This document shows positions 19,311 to 29,150 of a DNA stretch of 64,000 nucleotides, in pieces (position 1 is the stretch's first letter; every line of letters starts with the position of its first letter). The notes below the pieces were generated by a model, which ran no database searches, had not been told where the DNA came from, and saw only the letters and a program-made list of their open reading frames with translations. The stretch lies in NCBI GenBank assembly GCA_050633305.1, contig JBOEGF010000006.1, forward strand, positions 96,001-160,000. The letters are read 5' to 3'. This DNA comes from Nannocystales bacterium (lineage in GTDB: Bacteria > Myxococcota_A > Polyangia > Nannocystales > Nannocystaceae). A program made the translations under genes and the position numbers.

Positions 19311-20168
19311 CTACCGTCGTTCGACGTAGACGCGGGTCATCACCGCCCGGTCTTCTGGCACCGGGCGGTCATTGGGTCCCGCCGAAGCCGCGAGCACCTC
19401 GCCGACGGAGATCGACCCCTCGGTGCACTGTCCGAAGATCGTGTGCACACCGTCGAGGTACAGCGCAGGCCCCAGCGTCAGGAAGAACTGGCTGCCTCCA
19501 GTGCCCGCGCCTCGGTTCGCCATGCTGAGCCGACCTGCGCGGTCGTGGCTGACCCCAGGGGCGAGCTCGTCCGGGATGACGTAGCCCGGGCCACCCTGCC
19601 CGGTCCCCTGAGGATCGCCGCCCTGCACCATGAACCCGGGGATCGCGCGGTGGAACAGGGTCCCGTCGTAGTACGGCCGGGTGATCCAGGCATCGTGTTC
19701 GGCGTCCTTGAACGGTCGCTTGCCCCGAGCCAAGCCGACGAAGTTGGCGACGGTCTTGGGGGTCTGGTTCTCGAACAGCTCGCACTCGAGTTTGCCGGCG
19801 GGCATCTCGATGACCACCCACAGCGGACCTTCGCCTTCCACCCCGTCGAGCGCCTCGTCGAGCGTGAACACCCCCCCTTTGGGGTCGCCCTGGGCGGTGG
19901 CGTAGGCCTGCATCTCCGCGTCCGTCATTCCGATTGCGGGAGGATCGCCCTCGGCAAATACGGTCTCCAGGCCCTTCGCGCCGGGGTCCTGAGCGTTCGC
20001 GTCCGGCGCGGATCCGCCACCCCCAGCCGGATCCCCGTCCTTTGCCAGCTCCTCGGGCAGCGGCGGAGGCGGTGTGAACACACACGACATGGCTCCGGTC
20101 GTCCCCAGGAGGGCCAAGGTTGCGACAAAGCGGGAGCTTCGGGCGAACACGAGCCTGATGAATGGCAC
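19311..20168 (-). CDS. Cyclophilin-type peptidyl-prolyl isomerase, probable lipoprotein (start uncertain)
   Basis: TPKTVANFVGLA, YDGTLFHRAIPGFMVQGGDP, LSMANRG, GSQFF, HTIFG; N-terminal LALLGTTGAMSC. Confidence 0.9.
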   Translation of the reverse strand: MPFIRLVFARSSRFVATLALLGTTGAMSCVFTPPPPLPEELAKDGDPAGGGGSAPDANAQDPGAKGLETVFAEGDPPAIGMTDAEMQAYATAQGDPKGGVFTLDEALDGVEGEGPLWVVIEMPAGKLECELFENQTPKTVANFVGLARGKRPFKDAEHDAWITRPYYDGTLFHRAIPGFMVQGGDPQGTGQGGPGYVIPDELAPGVSHDRAGRLSMANRGAGTGGSQFFLTLGPALYLDGVHTIFGQCTEGSISVGEVLAASAGPNDRPVPEDRAVMTRVYVERR

Positions 20169-20263
20169 TGGTCCTAGCGCTTGACAAGCCCGAAGCCGTG
20201 GGCCAAAACCGCCGTCCGTTCGAGACTCCGCCGGGCAGCGCCCGCAATTCGAGAGAAGACACC

Positions 20264-20536
20264 GTGGCAAACCACAAGTCCGCAGAAAAACGTAACCGCC
20301 AGCGCCCCAAGCGTCGCGCTCGCAACCTCCTTCACCTCAGCACGATGCGCACGTTCATGAAGCGTCTTCGCACCGCTCTGGGCAAAGGCGACGTCGAGAC
20401 CGCCAAGGAGACGCTCCCCAAAGCTATCCACGCCGTGGCCAAGGCCGCCAGCAAAGGCGTCATCCATCGCAACACCGCCGCACGTTACTTCTCGCGCATG
20501 ACCGTCGCGGTCGCAAAAGCCGAGAAGGCTGCCTGA
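20264..20536 (+). CDS. rpsT: 30S ribosomal protein S20
   Basis: GTG 20264: ANHKSAEKRNRQ...SKGVIHRNTAAR; TTGACA at 20181 upstream. Confidence 0.96.
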   Translation: MANHKSAEKRNRQRPKRRARNLLHLSTMRTFMKRLRTALGKGDVETAKETLPKAIHAVAKAASKGVIHRNTAARYFSRMTVAVAKAEKAA

Positions 20537-20571
20537 TCCGACTGGGCTCGCCGCCTGGCGTTCTTGAACGG

Positions 20572-20608
20572 AGAAACCCCGCCCAGCTCAGCTGGTGCGG
20601 GGTTTTCT
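20572..20608 (+). terminator. Intrinsic (likely bidirectional) terminator between rpsT and holA
   Basis: agaaaccccgc-ccagctcagctggt-gcggggttttct hairpin between convergent genes. Confidence 0.75.
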
Positions 20609-20669
20609 GATTCCAGTGTTCTGATCCCAGTGCGGGCGGCACCGCGGGCGAGTGGGCCCACCGCGCTCG

Positions 20670-21734
20670 TCAAGTCCGCGGCGCCACGCGGGGAAGCGTG
20701 TCGCAGACGTCGAGGATCCAGCGCTGCAGGGCGAGGTACGGGCTCTTGGTCACCGAGAACGACCCGCCCTTGAGGTCCTTGTCGAGCCGAGCCAGGCCCG
20801 CGTACGCGCGACGTAGCCGGCCCTCATCGAAGCCCCGGGCTTGCGCGGCAAGCTTCTTGGCCACGAAAGGCGGAACCCCTGCGACCTGGCCGATGCGGGC
20901 GGGGTTCGCCCCTGCAGCTTTGGCCGTGAACACGAGGCGCAGCTGACGGATCAGCATCGAGAGCGCCTGGTTTGCCTGGCCGATCTCCCCGGCGGTGGAC
21001 TCGGTGAACAGATGGGCGAGGACAGCGAGTGCCTTGTCGCACTGGCCGAGGCCCACGGCGTCGGTGAGATCGAAGATGACCGCGTCCCGGGTATGGCCGC
21101 AGGTCGCCCGCACGTCCACCACCGAGACCGAGGCCCCTTCTCCAGCGTGCAAGCTGGCGCGCTCCAGGGCGGCGAGGAGCGCGGACTGGCCGGTCCCCAC
21201 ACGAAGCACGAGCTGCTCGATCGCGCCACGGTCGATCGGGACCCCGCGATCCAGCGCCATCGCGGCGACAAAGTCGACCGCATCTCGATCCCGCTTGATC
21301 GCCTCGAACTTGGCGACGAACCCGACCTTTTTCGTCGCCGAGACGAGCTTGGACCGTCCGTCGATACCCGCACTGACGAGGACGAGCACGGTCGTCGGGC
21401 TGGGGTCCTTCAGGTACTTCACCAGCGCGTCGAGGCTGGCCTTGGCGGCGTCCCCCTTCTTGCCGACCATCTCGGGGTCGTGCAGCTCCACCAGGCGGCG
21501 TGAGGTCATGAAGGGCAGCTGTGCACACGCACCCAACACCGGACCGATGCCCTCGAGTTCACGACCCGCGAACCGCTCGTGGTTGAAGGATTCCATGCCC
21601 GGCTCGAGCACTTTGGTGCGCAGCTCCGCGAGGCACGCCTTCACAGGCCCGGGCTCGTTGCCGTACAGGAGGTAGACCGGCTCGAACGTCTCCGCCGCCA
21701 GCGCGCACTTGAGCGACTTGAGCGGGTCCGTCAT
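20670..21734 (-). CDS. holA: DNA polymerase III subunit delta
   Basis: PVYLLYGNE, QLPFMTSRRLV, YLKDPSPTTVLV, IFDLTDA, GVPPFVAKK, LDKDLKG; convergent with rpsT as usual. Confidence 0.9.
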   Translation of the reverse strand: MTDPLKSLKCALAAETFEPVYLLYGNEPGPVKACLAELRTKVLEPGMESFNHERFAGRELEGIGPVLGACAQLPFMTSRRLVELHDPEMVGKKGDAAKASLDALVKYLKDPSPTTVLVLVSAGIDGRSKLVSATKKVGFVAKFEAIKRDRDAVDFVAAMALDRGVPIDRGAIEQLVLRVGTGQSALLAALERASLHAGEGASVSVVDVRATCGHTRDAVIFDLTDAVGLGQCDKALAVLAHLFTESTAGEIGQANQALSMLIRQLRLVFTAKAAGANPARIGQVAGVPPFVAKKLAAQARGFDEGRLRRAYAGLARLDKDLKGGSFSVTKSPYLALQRWILDVCDTLPRVAPRT

Positions 21735-22999
21735 TCAGCGCTCCGGGCCCGCAGCGTCGCCACAACCTCGACATGACTGGTCATCGGCATCAAGTCGAAC
21801 ACCGTCAGGTCCACCACGTCAAAGCCCCTGCTGGTCGCCACGGCGAGGTCGCGCGCCAAGGTGGCGGGGTCGCAGCTGACGTATACGATGCGCTGCGTCG
21901 CGACGCGGCAGGCCGACGCCATGCCCTCCTTGCCCAGCCCGGTCCGCGGCGGATCGAGCACGATGACATCGTAGGTGCTTCGACTCTCGGCCAGCTTCGG
22001 CAGCAAGTTGGTCGCGCTTTGACGCTTGGCGTTGATCGGCAACTCGTGGGCTTTGGCGAGGCCCTGCAGCTTCCGGATCGCATCGTGGTCGGTGTCGCTT
22101 GCCCACACCCGCTGCGCGTCTCGAGCCAGCGCTCGGGAGAAGTTGCCCGATCCCGCGTACAGCTCGAGGACCCTCAGCCCGCTGGCGTCGGCTTGCTTGA
22201 CGACGTGGTCGACCAGCGACTTGTTGCCGGCCGCGTTGGCCTGGCCAAAGGAGAACGACCCCAGCCGCACAGCGGGCCACAGCACCGTACCGTCGACGTC
22301 GAGCACCCGTTTGCCGACATGGCCTTGTGCCCGACCGCCACGCACCTCGATGCCGACGAGCGTGTCGTCCAAGACGGCGCGCAGGGCTTCGAGGACCTCC
22401 GGATCGGGTTTCACTTTGGGGAGGCCGAGCACGGCTTGCTTGCCGTCGGAGAGGCCGAGGATCTCTCCCGAAGCCGGGAGAAGCCCAGCCACCGCGCGCA
22501 ACCGTTGGGCCGCGGCATCGAGAGCAGGGTCCAAGACGAGGCACTTCGAGACATCGACGACCTCTCGCGAGCGCGCCGCGTGGAAGCCGAGGGAGAAGCC
22601 AGACTCCGAGCGCCGATAGTGGAACCGTGCACGTCGCCGATAGCCCTCGGCGGGACCCGCAAAGCCGACGCGCACGCCCGTAAACACGCTGCGGAGCTGA
22701 TCCGCTGCGATGCGTGCCTTGAACTCCGGCTGTTTGATCGGATCCACGTGTTGCCACTGGCAACCGCCGCACGTCATCGCGTACGGGCATGGCGGTTCGA
22801 CCCGGTGCGGAGATGGCTCGACGATCTCGACCAGGCGGCCGTGCACAAATCGTTTGGCGGCTCGAACCTCTTGAGCGTCCACGACCTCGTCGGGCAGTGC
22901 GCCAGGCACAAACCAGGTCGGGCCCTCGCCCTCGACCAAGTTGCCAACGCCGTCTCCACCATGGGCCAGCGCGCGAATTCGAATCCTGGAGTCGCTCAT
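21731..22999 (-). CDS. TRAM-domain RNA m5U methyltransferase (RlmD/TrmA family)
   Basis: ATG 22999; FVPGALPDE, CPYAMTCGGCQWQH (Fe-S), YRRR, ELYAGSGNF, LDPPRTG, YVSCDPATLARD, HVE. Confidence 0.92.
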   Translation of the reverse strand: MSDSRIRIRALAHGGDGVGNLVEGEGPTWFVPGALPDEVVDAQEVRAAKRFVHGRLVEIVEPSPHRVEPPCPYAMTCGGCQWQHVDPIKQPEFKARIAADQLRSVFTGVRVGFAGPAEGYRRRARFHYRRSESGFSLGFHAARSREVVDVSKCLVLDPALDAAAQRLRAVAGLLPASGEILGLSDGKQAVLGLPKVKPDPEVLEALRAVLDDTLVGIEVRGGRAQGHVGKRVLDVDGTVLWPAVRLGSFSFGQANAAGNKSLVDHVVKQADASGLRVLELYAGSGNFSRALARDAQRVWASDTDHDAIRKLQGLAKAHELPINAKRQSATNLLPKLAESRSTYDVIVLDPPRTGLGKEGMASACRVATQRIVYVSCDPATLARDLAVATSRGFDVVDLTVFDLMPMTSHVEVVATLRARSAE

Positions 23000-23209
23000 C
23001 GAGCCCCCACCCTTGCCGTAGTGGGCCACCGGGGTCAACCGACAGTGGGCCGGATGCAGGACACGCGCGGGTTCGCTGGAAGCGACGTGAAATCACACCG
23101 TCAAGATGGCAACGGTCGGCGCCAGTCTCACGACGACAGTGGCCGGTCTAGGGCCACATCGCCGTGTCTCCGCTCGTGTATTTCCGGTGAGTTGGAACAA
23201 CACTGGATC

Positions 23210-23225
23210 CGGCACGTGGTTTGCT
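23210..23225 (+). promoter_or_regulatory. sigma54 (-24/-12) promoter
   Basis: CGGCACGTGGTTTGCT with GG-N10-GC spacing, just upstream of ATG 23239. Confidence 0.7.
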
Positions 23226-23238
23226 TCGTATGGTCAAC

Positions 23239-23700
23239 ATGGCCGCCGCCGCTTCGCGACTCCTCGCCCTCGTCCTCTCCGCCACCACCTTGGCGGCGTG
23301 CGACCAGGCGCAGGGCACGGAGGTCGGGCCGCGTGGGGGCGTGGTCGTGAGCGAAGATGGGCGCCTCAGCGTCGAGATCCCCGCAGGTGCGCTCGACAAG
23401 ACCGTCGACATCTCCATTCACGTGGTCGAGGACGGCCCCGAAGGCGATGAGACCGCGATCCGCGCGTACGCAATCGAGCCGCTCGGAACCGCGCTCGTCC
23501 TTCCCGCCCACGTCGAGTACGACTGGACCGTCGAGGCCGCGGCCGATGCACTCACCCGGGACGGCGAGGTGGTCGACCCCGCGCTGGTCATCGAGCGCGG
23601 CCCGCAGTGGCGCGCCCTCGCCGACCGAACCGTTGACCACGACGCCGGCTACGTATCGGGCACCGTCAACTACCTCGGCGTCGTCGCAGTCATCGACTAG
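23239..23700 (+). CDS. Small lipoprotein with ZU5-like beta domain
   Basis: LLALVLSATTLAAC lipobox; VGPRGGVV.S.DG.LSVEIPAGAL...I.I pattern resembles the ZU5-like N-terminus. Confidence 0.75.
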   Translation: MAAAASRLLALVLSATTLAACDQAQGTEVGPRGGVVVSEDGRLSVEIPAGALDKTVDISIHVVEDGPEGDETAIRAYAIEPLGTALVLPAHVEYDWTVEAAADALTRDGEVVDPALVIERGPQWRALADRTVDHDAGYVSGTVNYLGVVAVID

Positions 23701-23929
23701 TCGTTCATGCCCGAAGTCCGTGCGGGGTTTCTGCGGCCCCCCTTCGAGCGTCGGGTAGAGAGAATCGCGATTCGCGGAACCCGGAGTCATTCGCGAATCG
23801 AAGGGCCGAGGGGCCCTCCGAACCCCTCGGTTGGCCAGGCCTGCGTTCGGTCCTTTTCCGCTCCGCATCCCTCGGGCACGCTTCGCTCTGTTGCTCCGAA
23901 CTCCCCGGCGCCTCCCGCTGGAGCCCCCG

Positions 23930-24417
23930 CCACGGTCAACGCGCGGGAGACCATTCGCCTCGAGACCAGCCTGCCGTTCGCGGTCACCTCGAACGACCCC
24001 GAGCGGTCCTCTCCCATCACGGAGTTCCTGCTCAGCTCCCAAGCGCTCGACGGGTTGAGCAGCCAAGGCGACCCCGCGATGCTCTCTCTCCCCGCATCGG
24101 CCCAGCACCAGGAAGACGATGTGTTCTTGGTGCCTGACGGCGACGCAAGCAACGACGTGACAGTGATTCACCAACAAGGCGGCGCGGAGCGGGATGGGGT
24201 CTTGGTCGATGCCGCCAGGTGGCCACCGTTGGGTGTGCTCGATGGTGTGGGCTACGAGTCCGTGCACCTGGGTGTCGAGACCGGCTCGCACAGCATCAGC
24301 TCGGACCAGCCATGCGGCATCGTCTCGGTCGGCTACGACCAGGATGTCAGCTACGCCAATCCCGGCCGGAGCGGGCTCGAAGTCACCTCCGAGCCGCCGC
24401 CGCCTCCGGTGGGATGA
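23930..24417 (+). pseudogene. Remnant of the C-terminal part of an IgGFc-binding-domain protein
   Basis: GDPAM...VFLVP...GSHSISSDQP.GIVSVGYDQDVSYA.PG..GL matches my recollection of the C-terminus of myxobacterial IgGFc-binding proteins. The upstream in-frame part looks non-coding and has no signal peptide. Confidence 0.55.
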
Positions 24418-24515
24418 ACCCACGGGCCGCCGCGACACCCGCGTCATGCGTCTGCGCGTCGCGGCCCCGAATCGGCGCGCTGCATCCGGGCAGAGTGCGG
24501 CTATTGTGACAGTCT

Positions 24516-26018
24516 ATGTGTCTTAGGTTGAAACGATGGATTGTGATGTTGAGTTGTGGTGTTGGCGTTGCCGGATGCGACGGAGAAGCGGTCGATGCGT
24601 CGGGAAGCGACATCGCCACGTCGGGATTCGGCGAGTCCTCGGGCGCCAACGAGGGACCGGCCGACAGCGTCGGCGACGATGACGTCGACCCCGCACCGCC
24701 CCTGCCCGATGCGGGGAGCGAACCGTGGTGCGGAGACGGGGTCCTCGATGACGGCGAAGCTTGTGACGGTGAAGACTTCGGAGGATGGACCTGCGCAGAC
24801 GAAGGTGCGGACGGAGGCCAGCTGCGGTGTACCGACGACTGTCAGATCGACAGCTGTGACTGCACATGGGAGGACGGTGGCGGTGACTGCACCCCAGACA
24901 CCCCGCCCGTCTGTGGCAACGACATCCAAGAATCCGGCGAAGCGTGTGACGGGAGTGACATCCCGAGCTGGGACTTCGACCCCTGCGAAGCCGCCCTCGG
25001 CAGCGGCCACTACGGCAGCGTCTCGTGCAACTCCGACTGCACCCTCGACACCACCAGCTGTGGCTCGTGCGGGGACGGACTGTGGCAAGAATGGGAGGAG
25101 GAATGCGACGGTGACGCACTTGGAGAGGTCACCTGTGAGGACGCAATCCACGTCCCGGCCTCCGGCTCGCCGACATGCAACGAGTGGTGCGAGCTGAGCT
25201 TCGAGAGCTGTCAGCCGCTGTGCGGCAATGGTGTCCTCGACCCCGGCGAGGCCTGTGATGGCGATGCCGCCGGAGCGCAGACCTGCACCGACGTCGGCGG
25301 AGTCGGTGGTACGCCGACGTGCACGTCCCATTGCACGCTCGACACGTCGCCGTGCGAGTTCTGCGGTAACGGGGTCCTCGACCTCGGAGAGGTTTGCGAC
25401 ACCGATGTGTTCATCGAAGCCCAGTGCTCCGAGATCAGTGCGTTCGCGACCGGAGAGCTGAGTTGCTCGGACAGCTGCACCTACGACCTGTCGAGCTGCG
25501 ACATTCCGCTTGGAACCGTCGTGATCTCGGAGGTCATGCCCATCGCTGTCCCCGACCCGCTCTTTCCCCAAGGAGAGTGGCTCGAGCTTCACAACCCAGG
25601 AGCGGACGTCGTCCTCTTGGACGGCTGCACGCTATCGGGGGTCGTTCCCTTCGAGACCGAGCCCTTTGAAGCGGGCGCGGTGATCGAGGCCGGTGGATAT
25701 GCGACGTTCGGACACGGAACGGCCGAGCACCTCGGTTTCACGCCCGACTACAGCCTCGACGAAGCTTCGTCATTTCTCAACGTCGGCGACCTGATCCGGG
25801 TCGAATGTGCGGGGGTCCTGGTGGACGAGGTGGAGTACGACGACGCAAAGCCGTGGCCGCCTCTGGATCCCGGTCGTTCCATCGAGGTGTCGACCGCCGC
25901 TCTCAACGTCGTCAACAACGACGCGGGCACGTCGTGGTGCGCCGCCACCACACAGTACGCGCCGGGATACTCGGGAACCCCGGGCGAGCCGAACGACTGC
26001 CCACTGGAGGACAACTAG
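24516..26018 (+). CDS. Lipoprotein with Myxococcus-type Cys-rich repeats and C-terminal lamin-tail domain
   Basis: GVAGC lipobox; five CG(D/N)..…GE.CD repeats; VVISEVM…GEWLELHN…LN.GD…GTPGEPN LTD signature. Confidence 0.85.
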   Translation: MCLRLKRWIVMLSCGVGVAGCDGEAVDASGSDIATSGFGESSGANEGPADSVGDDDVDPAPPLPDAGSEPWCGDGVLDDGEACDGEDFGGWTCADEGADGGQLRCTDDCQIDSCDCTWEDGGGDCTPDTPPVCGNDIQESGEACDGSDIPSWDFDPCEAALGSGHYGSVSCNSDCTLDTTSCGSCGDGLWQEWEEECDGDALGEVTCEDAIHVPASGSPTCNEWCELSFESCQPLCGNGVLDPGEACDGDAAGAQTCTDVGGVGGTPTCTSHCTLDTSPCEFCGNGVLDLGEVCDTDVFIEAQCSEISAFATGELSCSDSCTYDLSSCDIPLGTVVISEVMPIAVPDPLFPQGEWLELHNPGADVVLLDGCTLSGVVPFETEPFEAGAVIEAGGYATFGHGTAEHLGFTPDYSLDEASSFLNVGDLIRVECAGVLVDEVEYDDAKPWPPLDPGRSIEVSTAALNVVNNDAGTSWCAATTQYAPGYSGTPGEPNDCPLEDN

Positions 26019-26085
26019 GGGGCGTCCCAGGGATGGTGGGGCCGGAATCCGTCGGGGCGGTGGTCGCCTCGCACGGGTTCCGCTT

Positions 26086-26880
26086 TCACTGCCCGCGTAG
26101 CGTGTCACCCACGCGCAGCATGCCGGGCTCGCGGACCACCACGTTGCGCCCGAAGATCACCTTGCCGCTCGCGTCGCGGCGAAAGGTGGCCAGAGTCCGA
26201 AGCGGCTCACCGTCAGCCCGCGGGCGGTCGGGCCTTTCTGGGTCCAGCAGTGTCATCGAACAACGCTCGCAGCCGGTCGTGCACTCGAGAACGGTCTCCC
26301 CGCTGCGCAGCAGGGCCCACTCGTCTTCCGCCCAGGCCTGTTCAGCCTCGACCACGACGTTCGGCCGAAACGCGAGCATGGGGATCGGGCTGCCCTCGAT
26401 GCGCTCCTGCAAGTCGAGCAGCGACGCGGTATTGGCGACCAAGATCGGGTAACCGTCGGCGAAGCTGACCGCGAGTCCCTCGACCCCCCCGACGGGGCGC
26501 CGAGTCTGCTCGGGCATGTAGACGAGCTGGGCTGGCTCTCCGACAAGCGCGGTGAAGAACGCATCGAGTTGCTCACAGACGCGTAGCGCGGTCATCGTGT
26601 CGCTCCAGACCGACACCTCCACCTGTGATCCCTGCGTCGGCGCGAGTGGAACGGAACACGATCCAACACCTTCTGCTTCGAGCCGCAGTTGGTCTCCGTC
26701 AATCCGAACCGCGCATCGTCCCAACGCGGGATGGCTGCGCTGCGAGAGGAACTTGCCGCTCGCCGAGGTGACCATGAACCTGCGGTCGTTCGCGAGGCCC
26801 CGCTCCTGCGCCACGGCGACCTCGACCGGGATGCCCGGTCCGCTCTTGATCGGGTAGATGAAGAGACGCGAGATACGCAT
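26086..26880 (-). CDS. MOSC-domain protein (YcbX/mARC-like)
   Basis: IYPIKS, DRRFMV, SFADGYPIL, FRPNVVV, CERCSMT, FGRN, LRVGD. Confidence 0.92.
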   Translation of the reverse strand: MRISRLFIYPIKSGPGIPVEVAVAQERGLANDRRFMVTSASGKFLSQRSHPALGRCAVRIDGDQLRLEAEGVGSCSVPLAPTQGSQVEVSVWSDTMTALRVCEQLDAFFTALVGEPAQLVYMPEQTRRPVGGVEGLAVSFADGYPILVANTASLLDLQERIEGSPIPMLAFRPNVVVEAEQAWAEDEWALLRSGETVLECTTGCERCSMTLLDPERPDRPRADGEPLRTLATFRRDASGKVIFGRNVVVREPGMLRVGDTLRGQ

Positions 26881-26922
26881 GCCGGAGGCTACCGTACTGC
26901 CCTGCGCAACGCCGGGCCCACG

Positions 26923-27951
26923 TCAGCCCGCAGCGAATCGGGCGAGGATCCCGTCCGCGACCGCAGTTCGAGCCTCGGACCGCACCCCCGCATACAACGC
27001 AACCGCTTTGGCGTCCCGATACAGCCGCTCGACGGCGTACTCCTCGGTGTACCCGTAGCCACCGTGGATCTGCAGCATCTCCGAGCAACCGACCGTGACC
27101 GCTTGCACGGCAGCAAGCGTCGCGCGTGCGGCCGCTGCAGGGCGGCCCGGCTCCGTGCTCGCAGCGGCCAACCCGAGCATGAGTTCGGCAGCATCGAGAC
27201 CCGTCGCGAGATCGGCGAGCTTCCACTGAATCGCCTGGAACTTGGCGATCGGCTTCCCGAACTGCTGTCGCTCCATGGCGTAGCTGGTGCCCTCGGCAAG
27301 CGCAGCACGCCCGATGCCCGCAGCAATGAAGCCCAGCGCGAGCCGCAGGTCGGTCTGGACGGTTTGTAGGTCCCCGGGGAGCGCCCTCGCACCGGATCCC
27401 TCGAACGAGACGCTGCCGATGTCGGCAGCACGCAAACCCAACGTACGGCTCCGTGCGCCCTCCAGGGCTTCGGTCCGCGGGACCAGCATCGGGGTGTCGA
27501 CGCCCTGAACCGTCGCCACCACCGCGAGGCGGGGCGCACCCGTGGCACCGATGGCGACACGGTCGGTGCCGCGCAGCGTAAACCCGTCGGAAGACGGCGT
27601 GGCTTCGAGGCCCCGCGCCATCCCGATCAGGCCGCTCGACCCCTCCCCCGCCGGACCCAGTCCCAGCCCCAGCCCCACCATGTTGTGGACCGCCACGCTC
27701 AGCGCCGTCGAGGCACAGAACGCCCCGAGTTCCTGCAGGACCGCGAGCGCCGCGAGGGTGGAGAGACCGGCCCCGCCATCGTCCTCGGGCACCCGCATGG
27801 CGAGCAGACCCATCTCCTCGAGTTCGGTGATCCAATCTCCAGGAAGGGTGCGAGCGGACTCCCATTCGCGGACCGTCTCGGCCTTTTGCTTGCCGAGTTC
27901 GCGAACGCTGTCGCGCAGGAGGAGGGTGTCTTCGTCGAGTTCAAAATTCAT
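26923..27951 (-). CDS. Acyl-CoA dehydrogenase-like subunit, short, lacking the usual catalytic Glu
   Basis: ATG 27951 (MNFELDE); keeps RQQFGKPIAKFQAIQ and QIHGGYGY, but lacks LSEPxAGSD and KxWIT, and has LYAG in place of IYEG. Confidence 0.85.
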   Translation of the reverse strand: MNFELDEDTLLLRDSVRELGKQKAETVREWESARTLPGDWITELEEMGLLAMRVPEDDGGAGLSTLAALAVLQELGAFCASTALSVAVHNMVGLGLGLGPAGEGSSGLIGMARGLEATPSSDGFTLRGTDRVAIGATGAPRLAVVATVQGVDTPMLVPRTEALEGARSRTLGLRAADIGSVSFEGSGARALPGDLQTVQTDLRLALGFIAAGIGRAALAEGTSYAMERQQFGKPIAKFQAIQWKLADLATGLDAAELMLGLAAASTEPGRPAAAARATLAAVQAVTVGCSEMLQIHGGYGYTEEYAVERLYRDAKAVALYAGVRSEARTAVADGILARFAAG

Positions 27952-27977
27952 GGGCCGGCCTGTGGTGGGAGACGGGT

Positions 27978-29126
27978 TCAGGCTTGGTCGGAAAAGCGCC
28001 GGGCGATGCCGCGGCTGACCACAATGCGCTGCACCTCGGAGGTGCCCTCGTAGATCATCGTGACTCTCACGTCGCGGGCCAGCTGCTCGACCTTGGCGGC
28101 AGCGTTGTTGCCCAGCTCGCCCAAGACCTCCAGCGCTCGGTTGCACGCGAGCACAGCTTTCTCGGAGCAGAACATCTTGGCCATCGAGGCCTCGCGCGAG
28201 AAGTCCATCTTGTTCTCCTTGCGCCACGCGGCCTGCAACGCGAGCAAGCGCCCTGCCTCCAGATCGGTGCCGATGTCCGCCAAGCGGAACATGACGGCCT
28301 GGGACCGACCGAGTTCGCGGTCCTCCCGGACGTGCGCGACGGCGAGATCGAGCGCAGCCAACCCGACGCCCAACGCCTGAGAGGCGATACCCACACGCCC
28401 CCCATCGAGGGCCATCATCGCGGCCCGAAAACCGCGGTCGGTCTCGCCGAGCAGCGCCTCGTCCCCGACCTCCACGTCCGTGAAGTCGAGCGCCGTGGTT
28501 GTGCTGCCGTGCAGCCCCATCTTGTGCTCGGGCTTCCCGGGTTGGACACCGGGAGCATCGCCCGGCACGAGGAACGTGGAGATGCCTCGTGCGCCGGGAG
28601 CATCGGAGGTTTTCGCCCAGACGATGAACAGACCAGCGTCGGTCCCCGAGGTGATCCACAGCTTCGAGCCGTTGATGATCCAACCCTTGTCGGTCTTGAC
28701 CGCCTTGGTCCGCATCCCGCCCGGATCCGAGCCAGCACCCGCTTCACTCAGGGCGAAGGCCCCGACGACGTGTTCGAAGTTGCAGAGCTTGGGCACATGC
28801 AGCGCCCGCTGCTCAGGCGTGCCGAACGCCTCGACAACCTCGGCCACCATGTTGTTCACGCACAGCGCGACCGTCGTCGACGCGCAGGCCTTGGCCATCT
28901 CGGTCACCGCGAGGCTGTACGCGACCGTTCCCGCGCCGAGCCCCCCCAGGTCCTTGCCGACGCCGATCCCGGTCAGTCCGCGCTTCGCCGCCTCGGCGAG
29001 GTTCTCCCGAGGAAAGCCCCCCTGAAGATCCCATCCTTGCGCTGCCGGAGCCAGCACCGATTCCGCGAACTCCCGCGCAATCCCCTGAACTTCGAGCTGC
29101 CGCTCACTCAACGTCACGTCCATCAT
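27978..29126 (-). CDS. Acyl-CoA dehydrogenase (catalytic motifs intact, partner-contact motifs lost)
   Basis: FALSEAGAGSD, NGSKLWITSG, KMGLHGS, LDGGRVGIA, MIYEGTSEVQR. Confidence 0.92.
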   Translation of the reverse strand: MMDVTLSERQLEVQGIAREFAESVLAPAAQGWDLQGGFPRENLAEAAKRGLTGIGVGKDLGGLGAGTVAYSLAVTEMAKACASTTVALCVNNMVAEVVEAFGTPEQRALHVPKLCNFEHVVGAFALSEAGAGSDPGGMRTKAVKTDKGWIINGSKLWITSGTDAGLFIVWAKTSDAPGARGISTFLVPGDAPGVQPGKPEHKMGLHGSTTTALDFTDVEVGDEALLGETDRGFRAAMMALDGGRVGIASQALGVGLAALDLAVAHVREDRELGRSQAVMFRLADIGTDLEAGRLLALQAAWRKENKMDFSREASMAKMFCSEKAVLACNRALEVLGELGNNAAAKVEQLARDVRVTMIYEGTSEVQRIVVSRGIARRFSDQA

Positions 29127-29150
29127 TCACTCTCCAACCCGCCGACCATC

